Below are positions 46,445-55,939 of a stretch of 64,000 bases of DNA, one piece after another. The notes beneath the pieces were generated by a model. It saw only the letters and a list, made by a program, of their open reading frames with translations. It ran no database searches and was not told the origin of the DNA. The stretch is taken from the IMG/VR virus record IMGVR_UViG_3300031519_004866. One strand, 5' to 3'. The DNA is from a virus. The translations under genes were made by a program, and so were the position numbers. Numbering within the stretch: the stretch's first letter is position 1; every line of letters starts with the position of its first letter.

Positions 46445-47444
46445 TTTCGCTCCCTTGTCCAATCATAGTGGACAATTGTTTAATTTTCGGGTCATCATGC
46501 CAACACATGTCATCTTTATTACAATAGTAATCTGTTACGCCTGGAAATGCTAGTTTAAATTCCGGTTCTGGTAATTTAATTATTGCATCACTGCGTTGAT
46601 CTACTGTAGGTTTTGATGTCGGTATTGTCATCTCTACTTCTACGTTCTCTTTCACGAAGTCCCAAAGTTTTTGTTTTCTTCCTTTGTTAATCAATTCGAC
46701 TATTGCAGCTTCTATCGCTGTTCTAACTGCATAATTAGTCGGTTCATTTACTGCTGCGCCTACTTCTACTTCTATTGCCTTAGTGCCCATGTCTAAGAAA
46801 CGAAATACATCGCCTCCACTACTATAACTTGCGATCTTTTTCTCAGTTGCAACAGTTAAAAGTATCTCTCCTGTTTGCGTACTAATAAGTCGCATTGCTA
46901 CCGTGACTTGGTCTGTTCTATAACTAGTTTGCCCGCCTATGCCAAAGTATCTAGCACCTGCGCCACCGCTTTCAATATTAGAATCATACCCAACTACTGC
47001 ACCTTCTAATAACAAACCTGCAAACGTCATCGGCTTAAGATCTGTAGGATTTGTTTCATAAACTTCTCTAGTACTTCTTATCAATTGTCTTTCTTTTACT
47101 AGATTATCTAACCCTACACGCTCTACTACCGTAAACCAAGTTCCTCCGCCTACTTCTTTCAAAGCATTAATAACCCAAACTTCTGATCCCTGTGTAACCG
47201 CACTGCTAAGTTGGCTAAAAGAATCGTTTGCTTTACGTTGCCCTGTTTTATCTATAAAACTATAAACGGCTATAGTGATCTTCGGCCCATTAATTGGTGG
47301 AACCGTGTCAAGAACACTTTGGTACGGGCTAACTGCTGCAACGGGTGCAGACCAGTCTTGTTTAGTATAGGTTGCAGCACAACCTTGTAATGCTATGCCA
47401 AACAATAGTACCAATATATTTTTAAACATAACATTCTTGATCAA
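46416..47444 (-). CDS. csgG: Curli secretion channel lipoprotein
   Basis: Lipobox LQGC; AVYSFIDKTGQRK, SSAVTQG, WFTVVERVGLDNLVKERQLIRSTR, GYDSN...GGAGARYFGIG; start possibly 47429. Confidence 0.92.
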   Translation of the reverse strand: MIKNVMFKNILVLLFGIALQGCAATYTKQDWSAPVAAVSPYQSVLDTVPPINGPKITIAVYSFIDKTGQRKANDSFSQLSSAVTQGSEVWVINALKEVGGGTWFTVVERVGLDNLVKERQLIRSTREVYETNPTDLKPMTFAGLLLEGAVVGYDSNIESGGAGARYFGIGGQTSYRTDQVTVAMRLISTQTGEILLTVATEKKIASYSSGGDVFRFLDMGTKAIEVEVGAAVNEPTNYAVRTAIEAAIVELINKGRKQKLWDFVKENVEVEMTIPTSKPTVDQRSDAIIKLPEPEFKLAFPGVTDYYCNKDDMCWHDDPKIKQLSTMIGQGSENENKDPSSK

Positions 47445-47899
47445 AATCCAAATCCTTGTAGTGGTACCGTTATGGTTGTAACACTGCCGTCTTCTTCAGT
47501 AATTGTAATAGAGATAGTATCAGCTGATACATCCTTGAGCCAGTATATAGTGGCCCCTTCTATTTCGGCAGTGCCAGATAATGCACCATTGTCAGCGAAC
47601 ATATTATCAACCATCTGCTTGGATAATTGTGCATATATTCTTGACTCAACGTTGTTAAGAAACTTAGCCAAGTTAGTTGACTCTTCTTCTCTTTTCGCTT
47701 TGGCGGCATCAGCTGCGGCTTTTTCCTTAATATCTTGTTTACGTGTGAACTGTAACTGTTCAATACTAAGTACATGGCTCGAATAACCTAGACCACTAAA
47801 GGAGGGATTCTTAAATGTGAAGACTTCGTCACCGCCATGTGCGGCAGATGATGTCGCTAACACACCTAACAGAAATATTTTAAATATACCTTGTTTCAT
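47441..47899 (-). CDS. csgF: Curli assembly component
   Basis: Signal peptide; VFTFKNPSFSG.G, FLNNVESRIYAQLS, ITITEEDGSVTTITVP. Confidence 0.85.
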   Translation of the reverse strand: MKQGIFKIFLLGVLATSSAAHGGDEVFTFKNPSFSGLGYSSHVLSIEQLQFTRKQDIKEKAAADAAKAKREEESTNLAKFLNNVESRIYAQLSKQMVDNMFADNGALSGTAEIEGATIYWLKDVSADTISITITEEDGSVTTITVPLQGFGF

Positions 47900-48079
47900 A
47901 AATCGCTCCTGCAGTTATTAGGAAATACATCAGTATTTAACCGAAGTATTTCATTTCTTTCTAACTACATACATATTTATCTTTTCTGGTGTAAAAATAT
48001 TTACACCCAGCCCTTATAACTCAACATTTTTTTAAGTTACGTGTCGTAACAAATAAATACTAGTAGCAAAGGAATAAAC

Positions 48080-48322
48080 ATGTCTTATCAGAACGAACAA
48101 GACGCCATTTGGAACATGCTAGAAGAGCATTTCCCCGCAGCAAACGACAATGGCGCACCAAGCACACTAACAGCTGAAATGGAATTATTTGAAACTAGTC
48201 GCTTAATACAAGCTCTTGATTACCATGACTGGAATCAATCTAGAGCAGCTAAAGAATTAGGTATCGGTAGAACTAATTTAATTGCTAAAATAAAAAAATA
48301 TAATTTAGTACGTGTATGTTAG
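48080..48322 (+). CDS. Fis-family helix-turn-helix protein
   Basis: LIQALDYHDWNQSRAAKELGIGRTNLIAKIKKY = Fis/NtrC-type HTH; AAGGA SD; TAAATA upstream. Confidence 0.85.
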   Translation: MSYQNEQDAIWNMLEEHFPAANDNGAPSTLTAEMELFETSRLIQALDYHDWNQSRAAKELGIGRTNLIAKIKKYNLVRVC

Positions 48323-49417
48323 CTATTCTTGAGGACGGCTTGTAGTCTCAATATGTGTTTGAGGATAAATGTTCCTATACTCGCCACTAATTGGATACGC
48401 TGTACTTGAGTGTAATCTTAGCCCGCCTTTATTAAGCGAAGCATTATCAGTAAAGAAGATTAATGTATAAGGATTTTTCGTTAAATCAATCATTAAGATA
48501 CCTACATCTTCTACTTTAACATTAATATAATTTTCTAAGTTTGCTACAGCATAACGCTGTTTTGCTTGACCGGTATTGCCCATCATAATTGCATCAACTA
48601 TTGGGCCTGCTGCATTTGGTAACGCTGGAAAGATTTCTTTCATTACAGGAGTAAGTAGCTGTTTCATCTTTTGCTTAGACTCTGGTGGTATAGCTGAGGC
48701 TAATTTAATTAATCCTGCAATACTAATTCCTGTACCTGATTCAACTTTTTGTTCTTTAATTTCAACATCGAATGTTTTCTTAAAAAAGTTTGCAGCTGGA
48801 ACATAGTTTGATGTAGGTTTAACTTGTTGATCATGGAAACGTCCTGCTCCACCTTCTCTAGTTTTTACTTCAACACTGCCAACGCCTTCAATATTTAAAT
48901 CACCTTTGCCTGCTTTGCCAATCTTCTTACTAAACACTGAAAGTAGGAACTCACCTTTACCTTGCCCTAAGAACGAGATCTGAGCAAGATCGTCTGTCAT
49001 TTCTTTAATAGCAGGGTTAGCGTTATATCCAACAATAATATCTTCAACAGTGTGGGCGCCTGGTGTTACAAGTTTTTTAACATCAACTAACTGATCATTC
49101 TTCCAAGCAGTTAACATTGCTTGTTTATCTTTAGGATCAGCTTCTAAACTCATAAAGTATTTTGCTAAGAGCTTTTGTGCTTTGTTTACTTCAGCATCAG
49201 CAATTGTTGCCAGCGACTGTTTAACCATTTCTACACGACTACCAGCACCAATGCTTTGCAGCAGTTCTTCAATTTCTTGTAAGACTTTTTGTGTTTGTGG
49301 ATCAGTAGGAAGTTCTTTAATCTTACTTGCCAAGCTGGATTTAAGATTTTCAAGATCTGGACTATCTCGCAGATCTTCGCTATCAGTAACTTCAATTAAA
49401 AATTCAAATGCTCTCAT
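48323..49417 (-). CDS. Hypothetical protein with PD-(D/E)xK nuclease-like motif
   Basis: GKGEFLL...GDLNI...VEVK; start at ATG 49417, 5 nt after TAAATA. Confidence 0.5.
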   Translation of the reverse strand: MRAFEFLIEVTDSEDLRDSPDLENLKSSLASKIKELPTDPQTQKVLQEIEELLQSIGAGSRVEMVKQSLATIADAEVNKAQKLLAKYFMSLEADPKDKQAMLTAWKNDQLVDVKKLVTPGAHTVEDIIVGYNANPAIKEMTDDLAQISFLGQGKGEFLLSVFSKKIGKAGKGDLNIEGVGSVEVKTREGGAGRFHDQQVKPTSNYVPAANFFKKTFDVEIKEQKVESGTGISIAGLIKLASAIPPESKQKMKQLLTPVMKEIFPALPNAAGPIVDAIMMGNTGQAKQRYAVANLENYINVKVEDVGILMIDLTKNPYTLIFFTDNASLNKGGLRLHSSTAYPISGEYRNIYPQTHIETTSRPQE

Positions 49418-49425
49418 ACTATTAT

Positions 49426-50121
49426 TTATCCTAGTTTTGGAAATAACATATCTGTGCAAAACTTGTCTACATCAGCTTCGTTAAGACCTAGGCTTTTCAT
49501 AGTACGTGGTGTGTGGGGATTTTGTTGCTGGTTGTGACAATAATAGTTTTGGCATCCTGCTGTAATGGCTGGATCTGCATAGCCTGTAAACTCTTTAATT
49601 TCAGAAAAATATGCACGTAGGTTATCTAATGCTAGATCAACAATTGCAGTTGCTTCTTCTTCACTAGCAACGTTACCAGCAGCGATCATACTGTCAGTAA
49701 AAATATTTGTAGCCCATTCAGGCAATGCACGTTTTTTGCTAGGAATAAATTCTGCTACTGCTTCTTTGTAGCCTTCTATCATAGGATGGTCATCACCGCC
49801 ACTACTAGCACTAAAGTCATGGAATGCACCAGTCATCTTACGCTTACCTGAAATAACATCAAAGCCGTATATAGGACCGTCATTAGTTAGTACAGGAAAC
49901 ACACATACATGCATCATCCACAAGCCTTTAGACTCACGAGCATCTACTACATCAATATGCGCTCTACGCACATGATCGTTTTTCCAAACTCTGTTAACCC
50001 AAGTGTCGTTGTTAAAGTGTGCTAATCCTGGCTCGTCAAACTCTACAGCGTTCTCATTAAATATATTAATAATTTCATTCTTACAATCGATTAAACGATC
50101 CCAAATTACACTTTCACTCAC
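49426..50121 (-). CDS. pcyX: Ferredoxin-dependent bilin reductase (PcyX/PcyA-like)
   Basis: RRAHIDVVD, MMHVCVFP, PIYGFDVI, GAFHDFS, LPEWA..IF, QQQNPHT; directly downstream of the heme oxygenase. Confidence 0.85.
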   Translation of the reverse strand: MSESVIWDRLIDCKNEIINIFNENAVEFDEPGLAHFNNDTWVNRVWKNDHVRRAHIDVVDARESKGLWMMHVCVFPVLTNDGPIYGFDVISGKRKMTGAFHDFSASSGGDDHPMIEGYKEAVAEFIPSKKRALPEWATNIFTDSMIAAGNVASEEEATAIVDLALDNLRAYFSEIKEFTGYADPAITAGCQNYYCHNQQQNPHTPRTMKSLGLNEADVDKFCTDMLFPKLG

Positions 50122-50659
50122 CCTTTTTATGCTCCATCAATTCTTTGAATAGTTCAGTGGCAAAATCAAAACATACCTTAGCTTCGTCTGCCATGTTGTC
50201 GTTACATTTAGCTCTAATCTTTTCTTTATAATCGTTAATGTCACAATCAAATTTATACATGTTGCCTTCACCTGGTACACGTTTAGCAATCATTTGACCG
50301 CCACTCAGGTCGCCCATGTGTCTAACATAGATGTGTGCCATAAGTCTATTTGGATCATTCATGATCTCTTTTAGATACATCACATACTTGTGAGTTGTTT
50401 TAAGTGTTGGAGGACGATCTTCGTGTTTCCAAAGCTCTAAGAAGTCTGCCATAATAGCTTTAGACCTTATTAGTTGTGGTACATCGTCAAACAAACTATG
50501 TTGTTGGCCCATAAGTTCTAATAGCTCGTATGCTGGAAATTGATTCCACAAATACAATGCATAAAACTCAGGTTCAATGTTTCCACCGAACATAACTTTT
50601 ACAAATTCTTGTCGTTCAGCGTTAGTGTGATTTTCTTTTGTTAGTTCTTTTAAGCTCAT
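50114..50659 (-). CDS. hemO: Heme oxygenase
   Basis: LKELTKENHTNAE (proximal His), AHIYVRHMGDLSGGQMI. Confidence 0.92.
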   Translation of the reverse strand: MSLKELTKENHTNAERQEFVKVMFGGNIEPEFYALYLWNQFPAYELLELMGQQHSLFDDVPQLIRSKAIMADFLELWKHEDRPPTLKTTHKYVMYLKEIMNDPNRLMAHIYVRHMGDLSGGQMIAKRVPGEGNMYKFDCDINDYKEKIRAKCNDNMADEAKVCFDFATELFKELMEHKKGE

Positions 50660-50694
50660 TTGGCACCTCAGTATTAATTATAACAGTAGTTATC

Positions 50695-51000
50695 TTATTG
50701 TTCTTCTATAGTAACTCTAAGTGGAGATCCAAATTTTCTAGCAATTTTAGTTGATTGCAATGCTCTTTCTTCTGCAATTTCAAACGGATATGGTCCCATA
50801 GCAGCAGCACCAAAATTGTGTATTTCTAGTGTTTTCTTTTTTGCTTGTTCTTTTTCCATTTTAAATACACTAAGAAGAATATCAATTACTAATTCCATAG
50901 GTGTTACATCATCGTTAAGGAATACTACGGTCCACAATCGAGGCATCTCTACATCAATTTCAACTCGTTCATCAATAATTGCGTCTGTCTTATTACTCAT
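50695..51000 (-). CDS. clpS: N-degron adaptor ClpS
   Basis: VVFLNDDVTPMELV, LEIHNFG.A, EIAEE, PLRVTIE. Confidence 0.9.
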   Translation of the reverse strand: MSNKTDAIIDERVEIDVEMPRLWTVVFLNDDVTPMELVIDILLSVFKMEKEQAKKKTLEIHNFGAAAMGPYPFEIAEERALQSTKIARKFGSPLRVTIEEQ

Positions 51001-51023
51001 TATTTCCCTCTCTTAACACTCTT

Positions 51024-51051
51024 AAAAGCGGGGGAGGTATTTCACTCCCCC
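51024..51051 (-). terminator. Intrinsic terminator after hsp20
   Basis: GGGGGAG-8 nt-CTCCCCC stem followed by GCTTTT. Confidence 0.7.
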
Positions 51052-51062
51052 TAGACACGATG

Positions 51063-51515
51063 TTACTTGCCTTCGATAGTAAGACCATCTTTGATCTTAA
51101 TTGTTTTAGGTTTTAATGCTTCTGGAACTTCACGCTTTAGGTGTACATTAAGCATACCTAGTTCTAGTGTTGCGCCTTCAACATTAACATGGTCAGCAAG
51201 TGTAAACTCTCTGCGGAAGTTACGTCCGCCGATACCCTTGTGTAGGTAGTTTACATCTTCGTCTCCTTTCGGAGCAGTTCCTTCAATCTTTAGTTGATCA
51301 CCATCTTTGGTAATCTCAAGATTGTCCATACTAAAGCCAGCCACAGCGACTGAGATCATATACTCGTCTTCGTTGACTTGTGCGATGTTGTATGGAGGGT
51401 AACCATTTCCATTTGGACTATTTGCAAAGCCTCTTTCGAGTTCATTGAATAGTCTGTCAAAGCCGATTGTAGCTCTGTGGAATTGTGGTAGGTCTAGAGT
51501 TGTTATTCTTGTCAT
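51063..51515 (-). CDS. Small heat-shock protein (Hsp20/IbpA family)
   Basis: IGFDRLF, YPPYNI, AVAGF, YLHKGIGGRNFRREFTLAD, GMLNVHL. Confidence 0.95.
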   Translation of the reverse strand: MTRITTLDLPQFHRATIGFDRLFNELERGFANSPNGNGYPPYNIAQVNEDEYMISVAVAGFSMDNLEITKDGDQLKIEGTAPKGDEDVNYLHKGIGGRNFRREFTLADHVNVEGATLELGMLNVHLKREVPEALKPKTIKIKDGLTIEGK

Positions 51516-51520
51516 AGTTT

Positions 51521-51539
51521 TCTCCTTTATTAAGCAAGA
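51521..51539 (-). promoter_or_regulatory. ROSE-like RNA thermometer hairpin over the hsp20 SD
   Basis: UCUUGCU-UAAUAA-AGGAGA: UUGCU motif pairs with the SD leaving a bulged G; two upstream hairpins; TAAATA at 51607-51602. Confidence 0.7.
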
Positions 51540-51600
51540 TTAAATTTAGGATCCTTTCGGCATCCCGTTAAATGTACTCCGGTTCGTCCTTTGTACACAT

Positions 51601-52761
51601 TTATTTATCATTTGACGCATACACACTATTAAATTGTTGAGTACAACGTACAAATGTTGTGCAACGCATAAGGTGTTTTAACCTTAATGCACCTGCGTAT
51701 GTGCAAGTACTACGCAATCCGCCTAGTAAATCTTGCACTGTACGTGCTACTTCTCCCCTGAAAGGAACAAGTATTTCACGTCCTTCTGATGAACGATAGT
51801 CTTTAAGTCCACCAAAATGCTTTGTGTTTGCTGCATCACTACTCATACCGTAGAACTGCACAAACTGCTTTTCTTCAATTTTTAGTTTAATTTCGCCGAC
51901 ATCTGTATCACCAACCATATATCCTGAGGGCAAAACTTCATTGGTTTGATAGCGTTTGGTAATTACTTCACCACCGCCTTCGTCGTGTCCTGCCAGCATA
52001 CCGCCAAGCATCACAAAGTCTGCTCCGCCTGCAAATGCTTTGGCTACATCACCAGGACAAGTACAACCTCCATCAGCAATAATATGGCCTCCGAGACCGT
52101 GAGCAGCATCAGCACATTCAATAACTGCTGAGAGTTGAGGATACCCAACACCTGTTTGTATACGTGTTGTGCATACACTACCAGGGCCAATGCCCACTTT
52201 AACAATATCTGCTCCAGCAAGAATAAGTTCCTCCGTCATTTCGCCTGTAACTACATTACCTGCTATAATTACAATGTCTGGATATTGTGTTCTAAACTCT
52301 GCAACAACATCTCTAAAGCGACTACTATAACCGTTTGCTACATCAATACAAACATACTTCAATCGATCGTTAACTTGTTCGTATACCATTCTAAATTTTT
52401 TATGATCGTCATCTGTAATACCAATGCTCATAGCAACATATTCTGTCCTTGCAGGATCATGTGATCTGTCATCTTGATCAAAGTAATCTACAAGTTCCTT
52501 GATACTATATGTTTTAACCAAGCAAGTAAAAATCCCGCCTTCTGCAAGTTTGTCTGCCATTTCAAATGTACCAACACCATCCATGTTACTTGCCATAATA
52601 GGTATGCCACGATAATGTCTATGCATTGGACGTGGTCCTTTGTAGTTACGGAAAGTGAACCCACGTTCTAGATCTACATCCTTGCGTGAACCTAGTGTGC
52701 TACGTTTAGGACGTATCAATACATCCTTATAATCTAACTTCATATCTTCTTCGATCCGCAT
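51601..52761 (-). CDS. guaC: GMP reductase
   Basis: [47 protein letters not shown]. Confidence 0.95.
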   Translation of the reverse strand: MRIEEDMKLDYKDVLIRPKRSTLGSRKDVDLERGFTFRNYKGPRPMHRHYRGIPIMASNMDGVGTFEMADKLAEGGIFTCLVKTYSIKELVDYFDQDDRSHDPARTEYVAMSIGITDDDHKKFRMVYEQVNDRLKYVCIDVANGYSSRFRDVVAEFRTQYPDIVIIAGNVVTGEMTEELILAGADIVKVGIGPGSVCTTRIQTGVGYPQLSAVIECADAAHGLGGHIIADGGCTCPGDVAKAFAGGADFVMLGGMLAGHDEGGGEVITKRYQTNEVLPSGYMVGDTDVGEIKLKIEEKQFVQFYGMSSDAANTKHFGGLKDYRSSEGREILVPFRGEVARTVQDLLGGLRSTCTYAGALRLKHLMRCTTFVRCTQQFNSVYASNDK

Positions 52762-52772
52762 TAATTTACTCC

Positions 52773-53354
52773 TTAATGTTGATTTGCATAAGGCTGTATA
52801 AACTTGCCTTCAATAGTCGAACTTGATCTCAACGTTCGAAGTACATTTTGTACACCAACTGCTTGATTCCATGCATCTTCTAATGCGTGGTGAGCTAACA
52901 CAGGCGGACGGTGTGGATTGATTCCTATGTCAAATAGTGTACGTGTATCACGCACTTGCCAAAAATTCCAAGGACACATCTTTTCTAGTTTTTGAAAAAT
53001 ATGTTCACAAATAACAACATCAAAACTAGCACCGTGACTCCATACACGTTTAGCACCCCAACAAAATTTATAAAGTTGATTCATTGCATCTGCAATAGGA
53101 ATACGGTTGTCTGTACTAAATGCTTCGTCTTGTGCTGCTTTGCTTTGTTGAGCCCACCAATCAATTGTGGACTGCGTTGTAGTTAATCCTAGTGCATCAC
53201 AGCTATCAATATCTACTTTTACATAAAATTTATCTGCTGTCTTTTGCCTTACATCGTCACCAAACGGATCGAACTTAACGGCCCCAATTGTTAGTACCGT
53301 TGCCGTTGGAAGTACATCCAGCGTTTCTAAATCGATCATAATGTCTGTTTTCAT
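52773..53354 (-). CDS. DEDD 3'-5' exonuclease (RNase AS / phage exonuclease-like)
   Basis: [34 protein letters not shown]. Confidence 0.85.
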   Translation of the reverse strand: MKTDIMIDLETLDVLPTATVLTIGAVKFDPFGDDVRQKTADKFYVKVDIDSCDALGLTTTQSTIDWWAQQSKAAQDEAFSTDNRIPIADAMNQLYKFCWGAKRVWSHGASFDVVICEHIFQKLEKMCPWNFWQVRDTRTLFDIGINPHRPPVLAHHALEDAWNQAVGVQNVLRTLRSSSTIEGKFIQPYANQH

Positions 53355-53382
53355 GTGTGTGCCTTTCTAATTTATATAGTTT

Positions 53383-53411
53383 ATTATAACAGGGAGTTAT
53401 AGACATGTCAA
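53383..53411 (-). promoter_or_regulatory. sigma70-type promoter for the exonuclease
   Basis: TTGACA (53411-53406), 17 nt, TATAAT (53388-53383). Confidence 0.75.
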
Positions 53412-53425
53412 CCTTTAAGTTGAAA

Positions 53426-53743
53426 CTATTTGCGTCTTGGTTGCTTTTGTGGTCCTAGATCAAGTTCACGTTCTTTTCTTTTCCAACGTGCCTTTGCCGC
53501 CGCTTTAGCGATCTTACGTTTTTCACTAGGCTTAGTGTAGTGCTGACGTTCACGGATTTCATTAAACAATCCGTCACGTTCAATTTTTTTCTTTAACCTA
53601 CGGAGAGCCTTATTGACATCTTCACCGTCTCTTACAGTTACCGCCAAGCCCTCTGGATCAGGTGTAAACTGTCTCTTAGGTTTTTGAAATCTATCTCTGT
53701 TAGTATTAGTATGATGGTGTTTTGTGGTTCTATTATATGCCAT
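53426..53743 (-). CDS. rpsU: 30S ribosomal protein bS21 with N-terminal extension
   Basis: VTVRDGEDVNKALRRLKKK...EIRERQHYTKPSEKRK. Confidence 0.9.
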   Translation of the reverse strand: MAYNRTTKHHHTNTNRDRFQKPKRQFTPDPEGLAVTVRDGEDVNKALRRLKKKIERDGLFNEIRERQHYTKPSEKRKIAKAAAKARWKRKERELDLGPQKQPRRK

Positions 53744-54116
53744 AAGTGTTTATTGCTATCTCCAGTATGTTGTTAATTTGTTCGATATTCATAATCTCAT
53801 TTTTGTTTGCTAATTGCAAACCAGTTTGTCCAAAATAGTAGCTGTTCTGCTGTGCCAGTAAATATCCAAACATTGTTTGATCTTGTGAATGTGCATTACT
53901 TATAATTATACTACTTTTATGTTTTTTGTCAACCACCCATTCACACTCTTGGCCGCTTTTGGCAACATAAATTATAATGTTTGGAAGAGAGTCGATGTTA
54001 GATAATACATCAGATATTAGTTGGGATTGTTCTGGAGCTAGATCGTATGTAAGTATTCTTAATGCGTCTAACTGTATATCATCCGGTGGCGTAATGATAT
54101 TAATTGTGTTATTCAT
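53733..54116 (-). CDS. Hypothetical protein
   Basis: 127 aa; ITPPD motif; coupled to rpsU. Confidence 0.55.
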   Translation of the reverse strand: MNNTINIITPPDDIQLDALRILTYDLAPEQSQLISDVLSNIDSLPNIIIYVAKSGQECEWVVDKKHKSSIIISNAHSQDQTMFGYLLAQQNSYYFGQTGLQLANKNEIMNIEQINNILEIAINTYGI

Positions 54117-54179
54117 TTGCTACTGCTTTTACTCGTTGCCAAATTGAAGTTTCGGATTGCTCTGCATTCTGTATATATC

Positions 54180-55934
54180 CTAAACTTCTTTCTCTATTGT
54201 TTTCTTGACTTGAGTTGAACCTTCCTTTTCGATCCAACTTAAAGACTTCTTTTTTTTTAATTCTTCTTGTAACTCAGGAATAATTTGGTAATCTGGTTCA
54301 GCTTCTAAATACTTTTTCCACGGTAGTTCTTTTATTCTACCAAGGGTATGATTAATTCTGCTTGTCTTTAATTTGTTCTTTTGTGGATCTTCGGCTTTCC
54401 ACTTTTTCATAGCTTCAGCTTCTTGGCTGTCTACACCTTCAAATACACTATCGTCATCTTCATCATCATCTACTTCTTCTGCAACTGCTGCCTCTGCGGC
54501 ATCAACCATTTTATTCCATTTCTCAAGATCATCTTCTTCAATCATCTCTTTAGATAAAGTTGCAAAGTCAGGTGGAACATTATCAGCAATTAATTGAGCT
54601 CTTGCTTGTTCTTGACGTTTAGTTGTCCACGCTTCATTTTCTTCTAGTGCTTCAGTATGCTTACGTTCTATGTTTTCTTGATGTGCTTCTTCCCATTCTT
54701 CGTCCGTAAAAGGTGGAGTGGGCAAGATTGGATTTGGGTCTGGATCTGACTTTGGGGGCAACGTGCCACCTTTTTGGTCACGTCTCCATTCAAACGTATA
54801 TTGACTTGCAATTAGTAATAGTACAGCAAGTGGATCAAACACAAAGATAATAATAATTATTACCCACTTCACTGCTTCTTCTAACATGGAGTTGTCAGCA
54901 TTTTCACCGTAAACAAATTCAGCAATATATTTAATAGGTCCTACTTCTGCTTCTAGTTTACGATACTCGCCTTCTAGTGCAAACTTCTCGTCTATAAGAT
55001 CATCAATTTCTGCGTTAGCTGTTTTAATACGAACGTTTTGTTCATCTACTTGTGAATCAATATCGTCTGCTTTATCAGTGTTACCAAGCTGACTGCGTAA
55101 TCTCTCAATAAGTTTGTTTGACTGTGCAATCTGTTTGTCAGCGTTATCACGCAACCGTGCTATTTCTGTACGTGCGGCTTGTACTGTTGCTGAGTTAGCA
55201 GATTCTTGTATCTTAACTAACCATTCTGCACGTTCTGCTTGTTTAGCTTTTTTCCAATCACCAATCTTCTCAGCAGTCTTTTTACCAAACACACCATCAG
55301 CACTTGCACCAATCATTTGTTGTGCTTTTTTAATTTCGTTGTTGTCTACATAGCCTTGCAGGATTTGTAATTCCTTGTCAATCTTGTCTAGCTCTGTTTG
55401 AAATAATGCTGTTACGTTAGCAATAATTGTGTTTTGTTCTGCAATAGCAGGTTTAATTCTATCGTATGCTGATTCAATACGTTCTTGTTCTTTATCAATT
55501 TGTGACTGTACATTAGCATCATTACCTGTACCGCTAGTTTGTAACGATGCAATCTTTTGTTCTGCACGTTCAACTACGTCTTGCTGACGTGTAATTTCGC
55601 TTTCTAGACGTTCTACTTGTGCAACACTTTCTTGTCCTGCACTAGTTTGTTCGATGTGTGCTTTAGATAAAAATCCAAAGATTCCCATAGAAGTAATAAA
55701 CATAAGGACCAATACTGCAATAGACAAGTATCCTTTTAACCACCAGCGAGCCTGCTGCCAATACTTGTGCAACCAAACTGCTGTTACTAGTTTACCTACT
55801 TCTAATGCGGTGCCCATGATTATAATAGGTACTGCCGCTGCCGCAAAGATGGCAACTAAACCTGCTACAGAGTAGTAGATTGCAATAGCACTGATAGTCA
55901 GAGCTGTTAAAAGTGTTAAAATTCCTAATATCAT
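54180..55934 (-). CDS. Membrane-anchored coiled-coil protein with a possible peptidoglycan-binding motif
   Basis: Three N-terminal TMs, long coiled coil containing IGASADGVFGKKT (PG-binding-like DG.fG..T), C-proximal TM VIIIIIFVFDPLAVLLL, acidic tail. Confidence 0.7.
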   Translation of the reverse strand: MILGILTLLTALTISAIAIYYSVAGLVAIFAAAAVPIIIMGTALEVGKLVTAVWLHKYWQQARWWLKGYLSIAVLVLMFITSMGIFGFLSKAHIEQTSAGQESVAQVERLESEITRQQDVVERAEQKIASLQTSGTGNDANVQSQIDKEQERIESAYDRIKPAIAEQNTIIANVTALFQTELDKIDKELQILQGYVDNNEIKKAQQMIGASADGVFGKKTAEKIGDWKKAKQAERAEWLVKIQESANSATVQAARTEIARLRDNADKQIAQSNKLIERLRSQLGNTDKADDIDSQVDEQNVRIKTANAEIDDLIDEKFALEGEYRKLEAEVGPIKYIAEFVYGENADNSMLEEAVKWVIIIIIFVFDPLAVLLLIASQYTFEWRRDQKGGTLPPKSDPDPNPILPTPPFTDEEWEEAHQENIERKHTEALEENEAWTTKRQEQARAQLIADNVPPDFATLSKEMIEEDDLEKWNKMVDAAEAAVAEEVDDDEDDDSVFEGVDSQEAEAMKKWKAEDPQKNKLKTSRINHTLGRIKELPWKKYLEAEPDYQIIPELQEELKKKKSLSWIEKEGSTQVKKTIEKEV

Positions 55935-55939
55935 ATATA

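Noticed and set aside
49426-50659. Cyanophage assignment from the bilin genes
   Set aside because: No psbA/psbD/hli/cpeT here; the two-piece tmRNA, ROSE element and MsmA-like gene point to an alphaproteobacterial host
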